Both the position numbers and the translations under genes were made by a program. 32,000 nt of DNA from Wallemia ichthyophaga EXF-994 (Eukaryota; Fungi; Basidiomycota): assembly GCF_000400465.1 (NCBI RefSeq), contig NW_008806278.1:60001-92000 (forward strand). The letters are read 5' to 3'. The notes below the pieces were generated by a model. That model did no database searches. It saw only the letters and a list, made by a program, of their open reading frames with translations, and was not told the DNA's origin. This document shows positions 18,739-28,576 of this stretch, piece after piece; positions within the stretch are counted from its first letter, which is position 1; each line of letters starts with the position of its first letter.

Positions 18739-20434
18739 TTACCTCTGCCTCGAACTACTTCTCCCTCTACTCGCGCCAACATCGTAGAAAAGAGGTGCTT
18801 TATCATCAGGCGAAGTAGCAGCCGTGAGAGCTGCATTCACTGCATTTACCCCAGTCTGCGCTCTACTCGAGGTGGTGGATATAGGAGCCGACATACTCCT
18901 GCGTACATCCAACTCATCGAAATCCATCTGTCCGACGACTTCACCGAAATCCTGCCTTTCTTCCTCTTTTGCATCTTGAACCTCTTTGTTAGCAAGACTG
19001 GACACACTCATCATTTTTATCTTTTCATTGAGTTCCTGTTTCGTTATCGTATTGACTGACTGCGCAGTTCTCGATTTCAATTGAGGTTTCTCATCGATCA
19101 TCTTTATAAACTCCCCAATATCGTTATCGTCGTCTATATCCACACCAATATCCTCCTCTGCCAGCGATGATGATAGTTTTGTCGATATTTTGCGTGATAC
19201 CCCCACCGGTGGTGATGGATGAGTTGGTTGCGTGGGTGACGCTAGTGGTTTGATCACACTCTCCCCACTCGAACCACCGATGGAAGATGTACGTCTGTAG
19301 CCGAAGCTTGATGAGTATCGTCGGTTCGTCGTAGAAGAGCTGCTCGACTGATTCTCGGGTATACTGATTGCCGTGTTTGTGGTATTAGTGGTGTTGGCGG
19401 TATTCATGCGCTGATATGAATGTGCACCGACTCCTGTAAACGACGGTGAAGGCGATGCTCCGTACATACTCAATGGGCGCACTGAGGGAGACGACGAGTA
19501 AGACGTAGTGCGCGGCGAGAGGTTAGAGAGGTTGCTCGAAGTGCGCACTCTGCTTGCACCCGTACGCGCCACGTAATCACGCACGACGTTGCCCTCTTCG
19601 CCCTTCTCCGCCTTGTCCACCTTCTCACCAGACGTAGAACGATGCTTAGTCAGCGTCGGTGTGTAATAATCCTCATCTACAAAGTGCGAAGACAGCAGGG
19701 ACTCTATATCGTCAACAATAAAGTTGATAGACCGGCGATAGTCCACACTGAGGTTGAATGTCCCTACGGGAGTATTTATAGGGCTAAATCGGTGAATGTC
19801 TGTAGCATTGCTCGCTGTGTCCTGCGATAACTGTGCATCGATGGGCAACACACCCTCAGATGCGCCCTTCTCTGCGCTGAGCCTGCATCCGATATTTAAT
19901 CCACGCGAATGACACCGCCTAAGCCTGCGAATCAGTCCATATAGCGGTAGCAGTCGTAGGAGGGTGTATAGAGCACGGAATAACACTATCGACCGCTTGT
20001 ACACTACAGGTAGCTCCTCTTGTGTACCACTAGCGCTGCCACTGCCAGTGAGTTGCAGCGTCCACCGCTCTAGCACTACGCTCTCCTGCACCGTGTTGCG
20101 CTTATTCTGGTTGTCGACAAATAGACACGCCTGATTCGGCGGTATGTCGGAGGAATCGAGTATGAATTCAACCACCATTGGCGGGATTTGCGTTGTGTTG
20201 GAGAGATTCTTCCACGTGCTCAGCTCATTGTGGAACAAGCTACTTCCACTATCTGTCGTTTGTATATTGAACTGCGACAGATCTTTAAATAATGGCAATC
20301 ACGATGGCTGGGCTACTCACCCACTTGGACACCCGCGTCTTGGTCTCCGGTAGCGCCACTCTACTCTCCAGTAGCAGATGCAACGTCTTGCTGTAGAAGT
20401 TATTCAATATTAAATCTACTTTCGAGTCCCCCAT
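18739..20434 (-). CDS. ATG13: Autophagy protein Atg13 (N-terminal HORMA domain plus Ser/Thr-rich disordered tail)
   Basis: ATG 20434; intron 20272-20320 gives SKW-FNIQT. HORMA motifs VVLERWTL, LPVVYKRSIVLFRALYTLLRLLP, TPVGTFNLSVDYR. Confidence 0.9.
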
Positions 20435-20537
20435 CACGGTATCTAATCAACAGTCCATCGATGATGACATAAATTAATCTTTATCACATATTTTAAAATT
20501 ATACAACAATGCTAGAATGTTTTCCTGGAAAACTGGA

Positions 20538-23160
20538 TCATGGCATGCCCACCAGCCTTGCTAACAAGGCTAGCAGGGAGGGGTTTTCCGACGATGCGTA
20601 GAACGCGAGCGAGTCGCGCATAATCTGAAAGCAGTTCGTAAGCCATGAAACACCAGCACCAATACTTCCCACACTCACCTTACTCTGTTTATTGAACGCA
20701 TGCTCGAATTTGTTGAGCTCGCTCCATATCTTACCCAACGGAACTATACTCTCCGACGGCTCTATCCCGCTCCTGCGTGCTTCAGCGATTGCTTCACCCG
20801 CCTCAACAGCCGTTTTGGTCAATTGTACCGAGTATAATGTGAAAGTACCGATCGTCTTCATGATATTCTGCAAACGTTCGATCAATCGCGCATTCGTTAG
20901 CATACATTCCTTCAGACAGCCGTCGAGGAAATCGACATGATCCTTCAGCAACGCATCGACCGTCTGCACCTTGCCGATCTTCTCCTCCAACTCGAGCGAC
21001 TTAATGTGGAGCACCTCCTCACACACATAGCCAGTCACTTGCCTGACCAACTCCAGCATGCGCGCGCGAAGCACACACACCCGCGTCCGCCACATATCGA
21101 AAGGCTTGTAGCGTAGATTCCGTCTCCAACAGTCCTGCGTATGCTCACCCCACATCCCAACCAGCGCGCTTTCTGTGTACTTAAGATGAAGCAAAAATCT
21201 AAATATTAGCTGATATCTGAGGATAGTCTTGCGGGAAATAACCAAAGACAGCGGAAAACTAACTGTGTAGTCAAACGAGAGTCCTTCAATTGCTCGTATT
21301 GGCTTCTCTTCTGCGCCTTTGCGCTGGTTCAAGTTGTCCTCCTGGCCCAGCGCTCCACTCACATTTACAACAGTGAGCAACCACTGGTAAAGAGGCTCTC
21401 TGCTCATAGTAACCTTGATATCTTCTTTGTACGGGTCGTTGAAGCTGGGTGAGGCGGGATTGCGGAGCGTCAAATCTAGAAGCGATTGTAACTTGACCAA
21501 ATTCGCATTCTTGGCTGGCTTACGCAGCTCATTGTAGCTTTGGTCAAGGAAATGCACGAAGAAATCTGAGTCTGCAAGAAAAAAGTAGTGTTTCAGACTC
21601 CTCAACCGCGAAACTAGTCCCTCGTCTTCCAAGAGCAGTTTCAATAGCGCTCTGTTAGCGTGTGTGTAGGCATCTTCGACTTGTTTGTAGAATGGTGGTG
21701 AATTGATTGATGTTCTCTCTAACTCCCCGTAATTGCGGTGTTTGGACACTTCTATACCACATTCTCTAATAACGTTGAGATATTTACCAGCGAAAAGTAT
21801 CTTAAATTTCCACGCTTCCAGGAATGGCGGTATACATGCACCTCCAGCCAAACGCTTAAGGCGACCTTCATCATCGAACGCTGTATCTGGTTTAAATGGT
21901 TTTTCGACGCTCGATCCATCGCGGAGCGTATATCTTTTCTCCCAGTACTCATCTGTATAGTCCATATCAAGACCCTTCTTGCTAATAGATTTAGCCTCGC
22001 GCACAAGCAGCTCATCGTAAGGGTCATTGAGGTCACCGGAAGTTGTCCAACTCAGTAGCATTTCAGCATAAGGTTGTGATGCGTGAAAAAGTAATCTGGT
22101 GAACACTTCATGGGCGACAGGATCGCCTGAAGATTTCATCAACTTCTCCCACACCACTTTAATAACCTCGCCACCTTTAACAATACCTTCACTCTCCAAA
22201 GCTGTTTCTTTGGCTTCTGCGTTGATCTGTGCTATAGCTTTCTTCATTGTCTCACCCATCATATCCTCACTATCATCCTCTTCCGGATCGACCTGATCAT
22301 CGGTTATGTCTGGAGTTTCAGTCTTAATAAGTTCGAGTGCGAGTTGATGGACAAGGGTAAGTTTGTGCAAAGCTGGTTGGAGGTGGTAGAAAGCCATCTG
22401 AAGAGTGTAGCAGGGTGAAGTATAGAAAAGGGTTTCTAGTTGAGCGAGTAGCAAGTGGTATTCCTGTGTGTGTCAGTGAGGCATAGTAACCAAGCCAATA
22501 GCCACCTTGAGCATATCCCTGATAGCTGCACAGAGCGCATGATTAACGAGACCCCAATCCATCGCAGAACGCTGCTCAACGAACGCCGTTATTGATGTGT
22601 ACAGCGAAGCGAGTGGGAGTACGCGATGGATAAGAGTAGCGAGACCGTGGTCAATAGAGGGATCGACGATGAACTCACTCCCCTTAAGTCGAGCATTCAT
22701 GTCGTCATACGCGTAATCTGGGTGGTATGTAATGTATTGTCCTTGGATGCCCTGTAAACTGTCGGTGGTAATTCAAATCACAGACAAGGAACTTACAACC
22801 AGAACATACTGAAAATCTTCAAGAATCGCAGCCTGCTGTATATCCAAACCAACATCTTTGAAAGCACTCGACTTCCTAATTGAGTTGTAGCTGTGCGGGG
22901 AGAGTTGCGGGACGCGTGAGTTGAGCGGCGCGCGCAGGAAACTTGGCTCAGGCTGGAAGGAATAATCCTGGAAAACCTGATAATCATTGCCATCGTCATC
23001 GTCGTCGTCGACAGTTGTAAGTTTAGTATTGATCTGGAAATGACTTAGTTTTTGTACTCTGTAAAAGCCTACTGCATACCCTATTATATTGCTTGTTCGA
23101 TAAGCCAGCAAGGCGCGAGCTTGGCCGCGCTGTCGTCGGCGTCGTCGTCATCCGTTCCAT
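20538..23160 (-). CDS. SPC97: Gamma-tubulin complex component GCP2/Spc97
   Basis: Introns 23034-23079, 22752-22796, 22464-22505 and probably 20625-20678. Motifs QAAILEDFQYVLV-GIQGQYI, GLVNHALCAAIRDMLK-EY, YWEKRYTL, LFAGKYLNVIRECG, LRSLKHYFFL, PLSLVISRKTILRYQLIFR. The extreme C-terminus is uncertain. Confidence 0.93.
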
Positions 23161-23211
23161 CTCGGTGATCGTGGTGCTCGTCGTAGTTGATCAAGTTGAT
23201 TTGTTACCGCC

Positions 23212-23571
23212 ATGCCGAGCAACAGAATCCGCCCGCCAAATTCAAACAGCTTTAGCTATCTCGTCTGGAAATTTATAACTGTCATGGAGAGCGAGTGGGG
23301 ATTTGCAATGTGAGTGATGAGCCTTGTCTTCTGTCTTCGTCTCCTTACGCTAACTAGTCTAGAGCCATGGGAGAAGGCTATGGTGCTATCTCTTCTATTA
23401 ACAGTTTCTTCAATTATCCTCTTTTCCGTACTCTTTTACGCCCCCGCGCAGCTCCTCCGCCTCAAGACGAGACTAGCTTATTACTTATTCGGCAGCGACT
23501 CGTCGCAGAAAGAAATTATTGCTGTCTTTACCGAGTGGTCTAATGTGATTAGAGGCGTTTCCCAGCCTTAA
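23212..23571 (+). CDS. Serine palmitoyltransferase small-subunit-like protein (ssSPT/DUF3317)
   Basis: ATG 23212; intron 23310-23357 (GTGAGT...GCTAACTAG) gives YLVWKFITVMESEWGFAI-LEPWEKAMV. LEPWEK followed by a TM helix is the ssSPT hallmark. Confidence 0.82.
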
Positions 23572-23621
23572 TTCTGTGTATTTCTACGTGTACTTATAAA
23601 GGTATCATGTATTCTTCCTTT

Positions 23622-26096
23622 TTACATTCCATTTAGCAGCTCCTGCTGGCGTTTAGGTTCGCACTTGCGAATGTATTCCACGGCCAGCTTCTTATTTCCA
23701 GCCTTCTTGAGTGCCTTGACGAATGGTTCAAACCCAATCGGACTCTTTTTCCCACTTGCGAGCTGCTCGAGCGCTGTGTAGTTGCGTTTTTCCACAATGC
23801 AGTGCATTCTAAGGTACCACCATCTGTTATTGTATCGTGTTTCAGTTGGCTCATCAAGCAGAACAACGAGTGACGTACCTCTTTTCTGACACTTTAAACT
23901 CACTCTTAATCTTTTCTGCGCCCTTGATATCTTCCCTGCCCAGCAAATCCCTGATGGCATCGTTTACGCTCGTGGCTCCATTTGTTAAGTGAAGCAACCG
24001 CTGATATTCATCGCATGCCCTACTCTCAAACGCGCTCTTCTTCTCTTCGCTGAAGAAGCGCATCGCCGATCTCACTTTGCCAATCTTGGCATCTCCGTCG
24101 AGCTGCTCAGCTTCTGCTAGATCTAACTTGGCTGACTCGACTCTCCTGTCGTCCTGGAAGTAGAAGTCGCGAAGCATATCCCTATCCAACTCTTTCGCAT
24201 AAACAACCAAGAGCGCTTTAGCCGGCTGGTAAATGCTACCGCCGTCCTCGAGCACTTTGAAGAATTCGCCGAGTGTGAGTCTGGAGCGTAGGTGGAGGAG
24301 AACGTCGATAATAAGATCGGGATCTGAGGACTCTATCGCTTTGAGCAGCGCCAGTCTGTCTTCTTTCATCCGCTTCAGCTGCGGCACTACCTCGCTGGCA
24401 CGTGGCTCTCTGTCGAGCATCTGTCGAGCGAACAAGAGTCAGATGAAGCACCTCAATTACGCCAATACAAACTCACCTTGGTCGCTAGAGATACTCGCCC
24501 AACTTCATGAGCTACCCTTGCAACGTCAGACCAGCCGACGAAAGCTTTAGTGACAGACAGGATCATGTCAACGATAGCAAGAGAAAGCTCCTCATCCGGT
24601 ACACTCGCATCACTTGCATGTATCTTTGCATTGGCCCAGTGAACGAGAACAGCGTCAGGTGGAGAGTGAAGGTGTCTTGCAATATCGATTGCCATCCCCC
24701 ATCTCCGTCTGGGTAGAAGGAGTTGAATAAGAGCACTCGAGTCACTCGAATCGAACTGGGCTTTCGAGAGAGGGATGCCTACACTTCTGTAGGCATTCAA
24801 CACTCGCAATGTTGATGCAGTCTTTATAAAATCATCCGAGTTGTAGTCTGAGAGGTATTGCCAACCGTACTGAGCAGCTTTGAGAAGAGAGCGCTGGGTG
24901 GAGGGAACGTAAACCTCGCCTGCAGCCGCAATGATTCCGTCGATGGCCTCTAGCAAGCCTTGGCCAATGCTGCGGACAACATCGTCTGACCTGGAGCTAC
25001 CGTTTTCAAGGAGAGAGTGAGCGTGGAGCAGCATCCGCGAAGGAGGTGCGGACAGAGCGCCAGCATCGGTCTCGCCGAAAACCATCTGTACACTCTCAGG
25101 TACCTTCTGAACGACCTGGAGGTTTTCAGGTGAGACAACGAGCAGAGAAGACATAGTGCTGAGAGCCTTGAGGGAAGAGCAATCGTGGTAGGGATAGAGG
25201 ACGTGCTCGCCACCAGGACCGACTAGCCAGAGACGAGGGTCAGGCTCGTTATAGACGAGACCGATAGCGTTGGACCCGCACCACACGAGCTGGTCGGGAG
25301 TGTACGAGTCGATAGACGACGCGTCGAATCTCGTCAGCAGTCTGCTCAGGTCGCTCGTCATGATGCTGAGGATGAGCGAAGGGGCGAGCAGCGCGATGAA
25401 TCGCCCATTGGGGGAGAGAGTGATGGCGGTGTGGGGGGTGTTGAGTGGATGCGTGCTGCAGCTCAGCGAGTCTGCTGCGTGTACGACATTGTCTGTGGCT
25501 GCTATGACTGTCGCTAGCCCGGTATGCGATTGGGCGGCGGAAACAACAGCCCAGTCTGCAGGCGCGTCGCTGAGATCCATACTGGCAACCCTTGTCGGAC
25601 GAGAGAGGCAGCCGAGGTGGAGGTGGTAGAAGAGGAGCTCGGCAGTGAGGATAACGAGTGAATCGCCTGCGATGCGTGCGTCGAGAATGGTGGTGGGTGT
25701 CTCGAGTGGTATTGTGTGGGTGGTGGATATGGGTATCTTGCCCGAGTAGTTGTACACTCTGTACTGGAGATCGCCGAGGACGACGACGAGCTCGTCTGCG
25801 CTGCTGAAGCCGACAGAAACTGGTGCCGAAGGGCTGGTGATCGTAGCCAAGTGCTCGGCGTCGGCAGAGAATATGTGCAAGAAAGGCTGGCTGGGGGAGT
25901 TCTCTGGGAGACGCGTGTGGGTGTAGCTGACAGGATTCCGGGTATCTCTCCAGATCGCCAGGGCGGACGAGAGCGGTGATCCACTCAGGCGGTAAGGCTT
26001 GAGCGTAGACAAGTCCCAGCCATACTGGTAGATTGTGGACCTCGCGTAGTATTTATTCCCGATAAATTCCCATTCAGATACATCCTCAACTGACAT
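23622..26096 (-). CDS. VPS16: HOPS/CORVET core subunit Vps16
   Basis: ATG 26096; introns 24421-24476 and 23824-23878. Motifs W....KYY.R..IY, SPNGRFIAL, P.QLVWCG, QRSLLKAAQYG, VLVHWA.AKI, ATK-MLDREPRASEVVP.L, ALLKAIES.DPDL, KKSPIGFEPFV. Confidence 0.95.
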
Positions 26097-26144
26097 TTTT
26101 GACCAAATCTTATCTTGAACGGAGACAACCAAGATCCATCACAA

Positions 26145-27785
26145 ATGGAAGGCGAAGCTGTATCATTCAAGCCATCCGCACCGGTGCACGTTGTTCTCTG
26201 CGCTGATTGTGGTGAGTACGGTGGCATGCGCCGCTGCGTCCCTCACCTTCCGCAGGTGTCCCCATCGAACCAAACTCCGCCAATCTCTGTGTTGGGTGTC
26301 TGCGTAATACGTGCGTTCTCATTGGTCAATCGTCTCCTTGTTTCTTACCCACCCCGCAGCGTGGACATCACGGCCGAGATTCCAAAATCTTCTTCCGTCA
26401 CCTTCTGCAGGGGTTGCGAGCGATACGCTAACCCTCCCAATGGCTGGATGCTCGCTGATTGGGAGAGCAGGGAACTTCTCGCTATTTGTCTTAAGAAGCT
26501 CAAGGGTCTGTCCAAGATTAGGCTGATCGACGCCGGCTTCATCTGGACTGAGCCTCACAGCAAGCGTATCAAGGTTAAGCTCACCGTTCAGAAGGAGGTT
26601 CTCGCAAACACTATCCTCCAGCAGGTGTTTGAAGTGACGTACACTATCCTCGGTGCCCAATGTCCTGATTGTACTAGAATGGCTGCCAAGAATACTTGGC
26701 AGACTTCCATCCAAGTCAGGCAGAAGGTCCCTCACAAGCGTACTTTCTTCTACCTCGAACAGCTCATTTTGAAGCACGGTGCTCACAAAGATTGTGTCAA
26801 CATCTTGGAACGAAAGGATGGTCTCGATTTCTACTATCTCCAAAGACAGGCAGCTCTCAGGATGCTAGAATTCCTTCAGAACGTTGTCCCAATCCGTTAC
26901 AAGTCTAGTGAAGAATTGCTTACAACCGATGTGCACACGGGTTCATCCAAGTATAAGTTCACCTACTCAGTCGAGATAGTTCCAGTGTGTAAGGATGATT
27001 TGGTTTGCTTGCCTATAAAGCTCGCCAGGCAATTCTCCAACATATCCCCATTGGTGTTATGTGCAAGGATAGGTAACTCGGTCCATCTCCTCGATCCATT
27101 CACACTGCACACTACAGATGTCACAGCTCCTACATATTGGAGAGCACCGTTCGATACACTGGCAACGGTGGGAGAGTTGACAGAGTACATAGTTCTCGAC
27201 GCTGAGCCAGTCGGTCCAACCCGAGGCAAACTTGTCCTGGCGGATTTACAAGTAATGAAGGCATCAGGTGGAGCTTCTGACGATGAGATAGTGCACACTC
27301 GTACACACCTCGGACATATCCTCCAAGCAGGTGATACATGCTTAGGATACAATATTAGAGAAAGTAACTTTAACAGTGACACATTCGAGAGTCTGAATCC
27401 GGATAGACTTCCTGATGTGGTCGTTGTGAAGAAGGCTTACCCTAACAGACGCAAGAAGAACCGTCCACGTAACTTCAAGCTCAAGTCGATTGCCAAAGAC
27501 GCAGAAGACTCGAATGTGGAGGGTGCGTTCGGTAGAGGTGCACTTGGAAGACGTGGTGGTGTGGATACAGACAAGGTTGAAAAGCAGTATGAAGAATTTT
27601 TGAATGACTTGGAGGAAGACCCAGAAATGAGAGCAGGCGTTAATATGTATAGATCACAGGAGCAGAAGGACAAGGCTGAGGAGGATATGGATGAGAGTGA
27701 CGTAGGAGAAGTGGAAGTTGACGAGAATTTGCCAAAGATGGATGAGCTAATGGAAGATCTCGAAGAGATGAATATAGAAGAGTAG
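26145..27785 (+). CDS. NMD3: 60S export adaptor Nmd3
   Basis: ATG 26145; introns 26212-26255 and 26311-26359 give LCADCG-VPIEPNSANLCVGCLRNT-VDIT. Also FCRGCERY, DAGFIWTEPHSKRIKVK, QCPDC, HKRTFFYLEQLILKH, acidic tail. Confidence 0.97.
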   Translation: MEGEAVSFKPSAPVHVVLCADCGEYGGMRRCVPHLPQVSPSNQTPPISVLGVCVIRAFSLVNRLLVSYPPRSVDITAEIPKSSSVTFCRGCERYANPPNGWMLADWESRELLAICLKKLKGLSKIRLIDAGFIWTEPHSKRIKVKLTVQKEVLANTILQQVFEVTYTILGAQCPDCTRMAAKNTWQTSIQVRQKVPHKRTFFYLEQLILKHGAHKDCVNILERKDGLDFYYLQRQAALRMLEFLQNVVPIRYKSSEELLTTDVHTGSSKYKFTYSVEIVPVCKDDLVCLPIKLARQFSNISPLVLCARIGNSVHLLDPFTLHTTDVTAPTYWRAPFDTLATVGELTEYIVLDAEPVGPTRGKLVLADLQVMKASGGASDDEIVHTRTHLGHILQAGDTCLGYNIRESNFNSDTFESLNPDRLPDVVVVKKAYPNRRKKNRPRNFKLKSIAKDAEDSNVEGAFGRGALGRRGGVDTDKVEKQYEEFLNDLEEDPEMRAGVNMYRSQEQKDKAEEDMDESDVGEVEVDENLPKMDELMEDLEEMNIEE

Positions 27786-27996
27786 ATTAGAGTATCGCGT
27801 GGTTATTTATGCATATTTGATAATCGATGAAAATTTTACGTAACATTGTGGTTTGTGAGGGAGGTGAAGGGGGTAAGGGAGTAGATGGCTAGGAAATCAA
27901 ACACACCAAATAGGAGAGAAAAAAGATAAAAATATAAAATTGATTTTTATTTTTCACAAACTATATCAGACCGCGTGTCTTCTTTGAGAAAACGTT

Positions 27997-28394
27997 GAGG
28001 TGGCAGCTTAAAGGGCTCGTATGCTTCTTCACAGACGGGCAGTCGATAGTGCTGCCAGACAACGGAAGCGGGTAAGGTCTGAGAGTTCAAACTCCCCCAG
28101 TCAGTCAACTCGAGACGGGTTGAACGATAATTCGTTGAGCGGCGCACCAGAAAAGCACTCCTGTGTGGCTTAGCTGAAGAAGGCTATACGTGCGTTGTAC
28201 GTGTTGGCAAGAGGCGACGATAGCTGCAGCTGGGAGCTGGGAACACGTCGTGGGAGTCGCACTGTCAGTCTCTTATGGTTTGAGAAAAGCGCGTACACCT
28301 ACATTGGTGTATTCGTTACACTGTCAGTGCTTAAGTGCACTACGAGCCGTCCAATTGGAAAACTCGATTCAGACTACTCTTTGGCTGCCACCTC
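27997..28394 (+). ncRNA. RPR1: Nuclear RNase P RNA
   Basis: P1: GAGGTGGCAGC (27997-28007) pairs with GCTGCCACCTC (28384-28394). P2: GGCTCGTA (28014-28021) with TACGAGCC (28341-28348). P3: GCTTC/GAAGC and GGCAG/CTGCC flank the eukaryotic internal loop (TTCACAG). CR-I GGGTAAGGTCTGAG (28070-28083). CR-V ACTCGATTCAGACTA (28362-28376) fits ACnnRAnnnnGnnUA. P4 pseudoknot GTCTGA/TCAGAC. CR-II AGAAA (28149), CR-III TGAGA (28281). P8-, P9- and P15-like hairpins at 28105-28123, 28124-28135 and 28294-28311. Exact ends are approximate. Confidence 0.93.
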
Positions 28395-28576
28395 CACATA
28401 ACTCCTTTATCTCATTTATGCGTATGGGTGTTTTAGCCAACTGTATGCTTATGTGAGAGAGTGTTTGTGTTGATAAGAGTTTCCAATGTCCCTCTCCCTT
28501 TTAAAATTTCTTGGATAGATTTGTACAACAATACTCCGACAAGGACTATAACAACCATCATCATCGCCTCATACTC

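Noticed and set aside
20510-20560. Extra terminal intron in SPC97 after LLARL (GTGGGC donor)
   Set aside because: Candidate acceptors give either a 28-nt intron or an extension into the ATG13 promoter, and neither yields a recognisable C-terminus. Left unresolved.
8042-26144. TCAAG shared by the three ultra-short divergent spacers
   Set aside because: A 5-mer found post hoc in three short sequences is not significant after multiple testing.
1770-27673. Numerous 60-180 aa antisense and alternative-frame ORFs over the main genes
   Set aside because: They are shadow ORFs produced by codon bias, with mostly non-ATG starts and no family motifs.
27947-28456. Three small ORFs (27947-28147 minus; 28190-28456 and 28195-28401 plus)
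   Set aside because: They overlap the RNase P RNA, use non-ATG starts and resemble no protein family.
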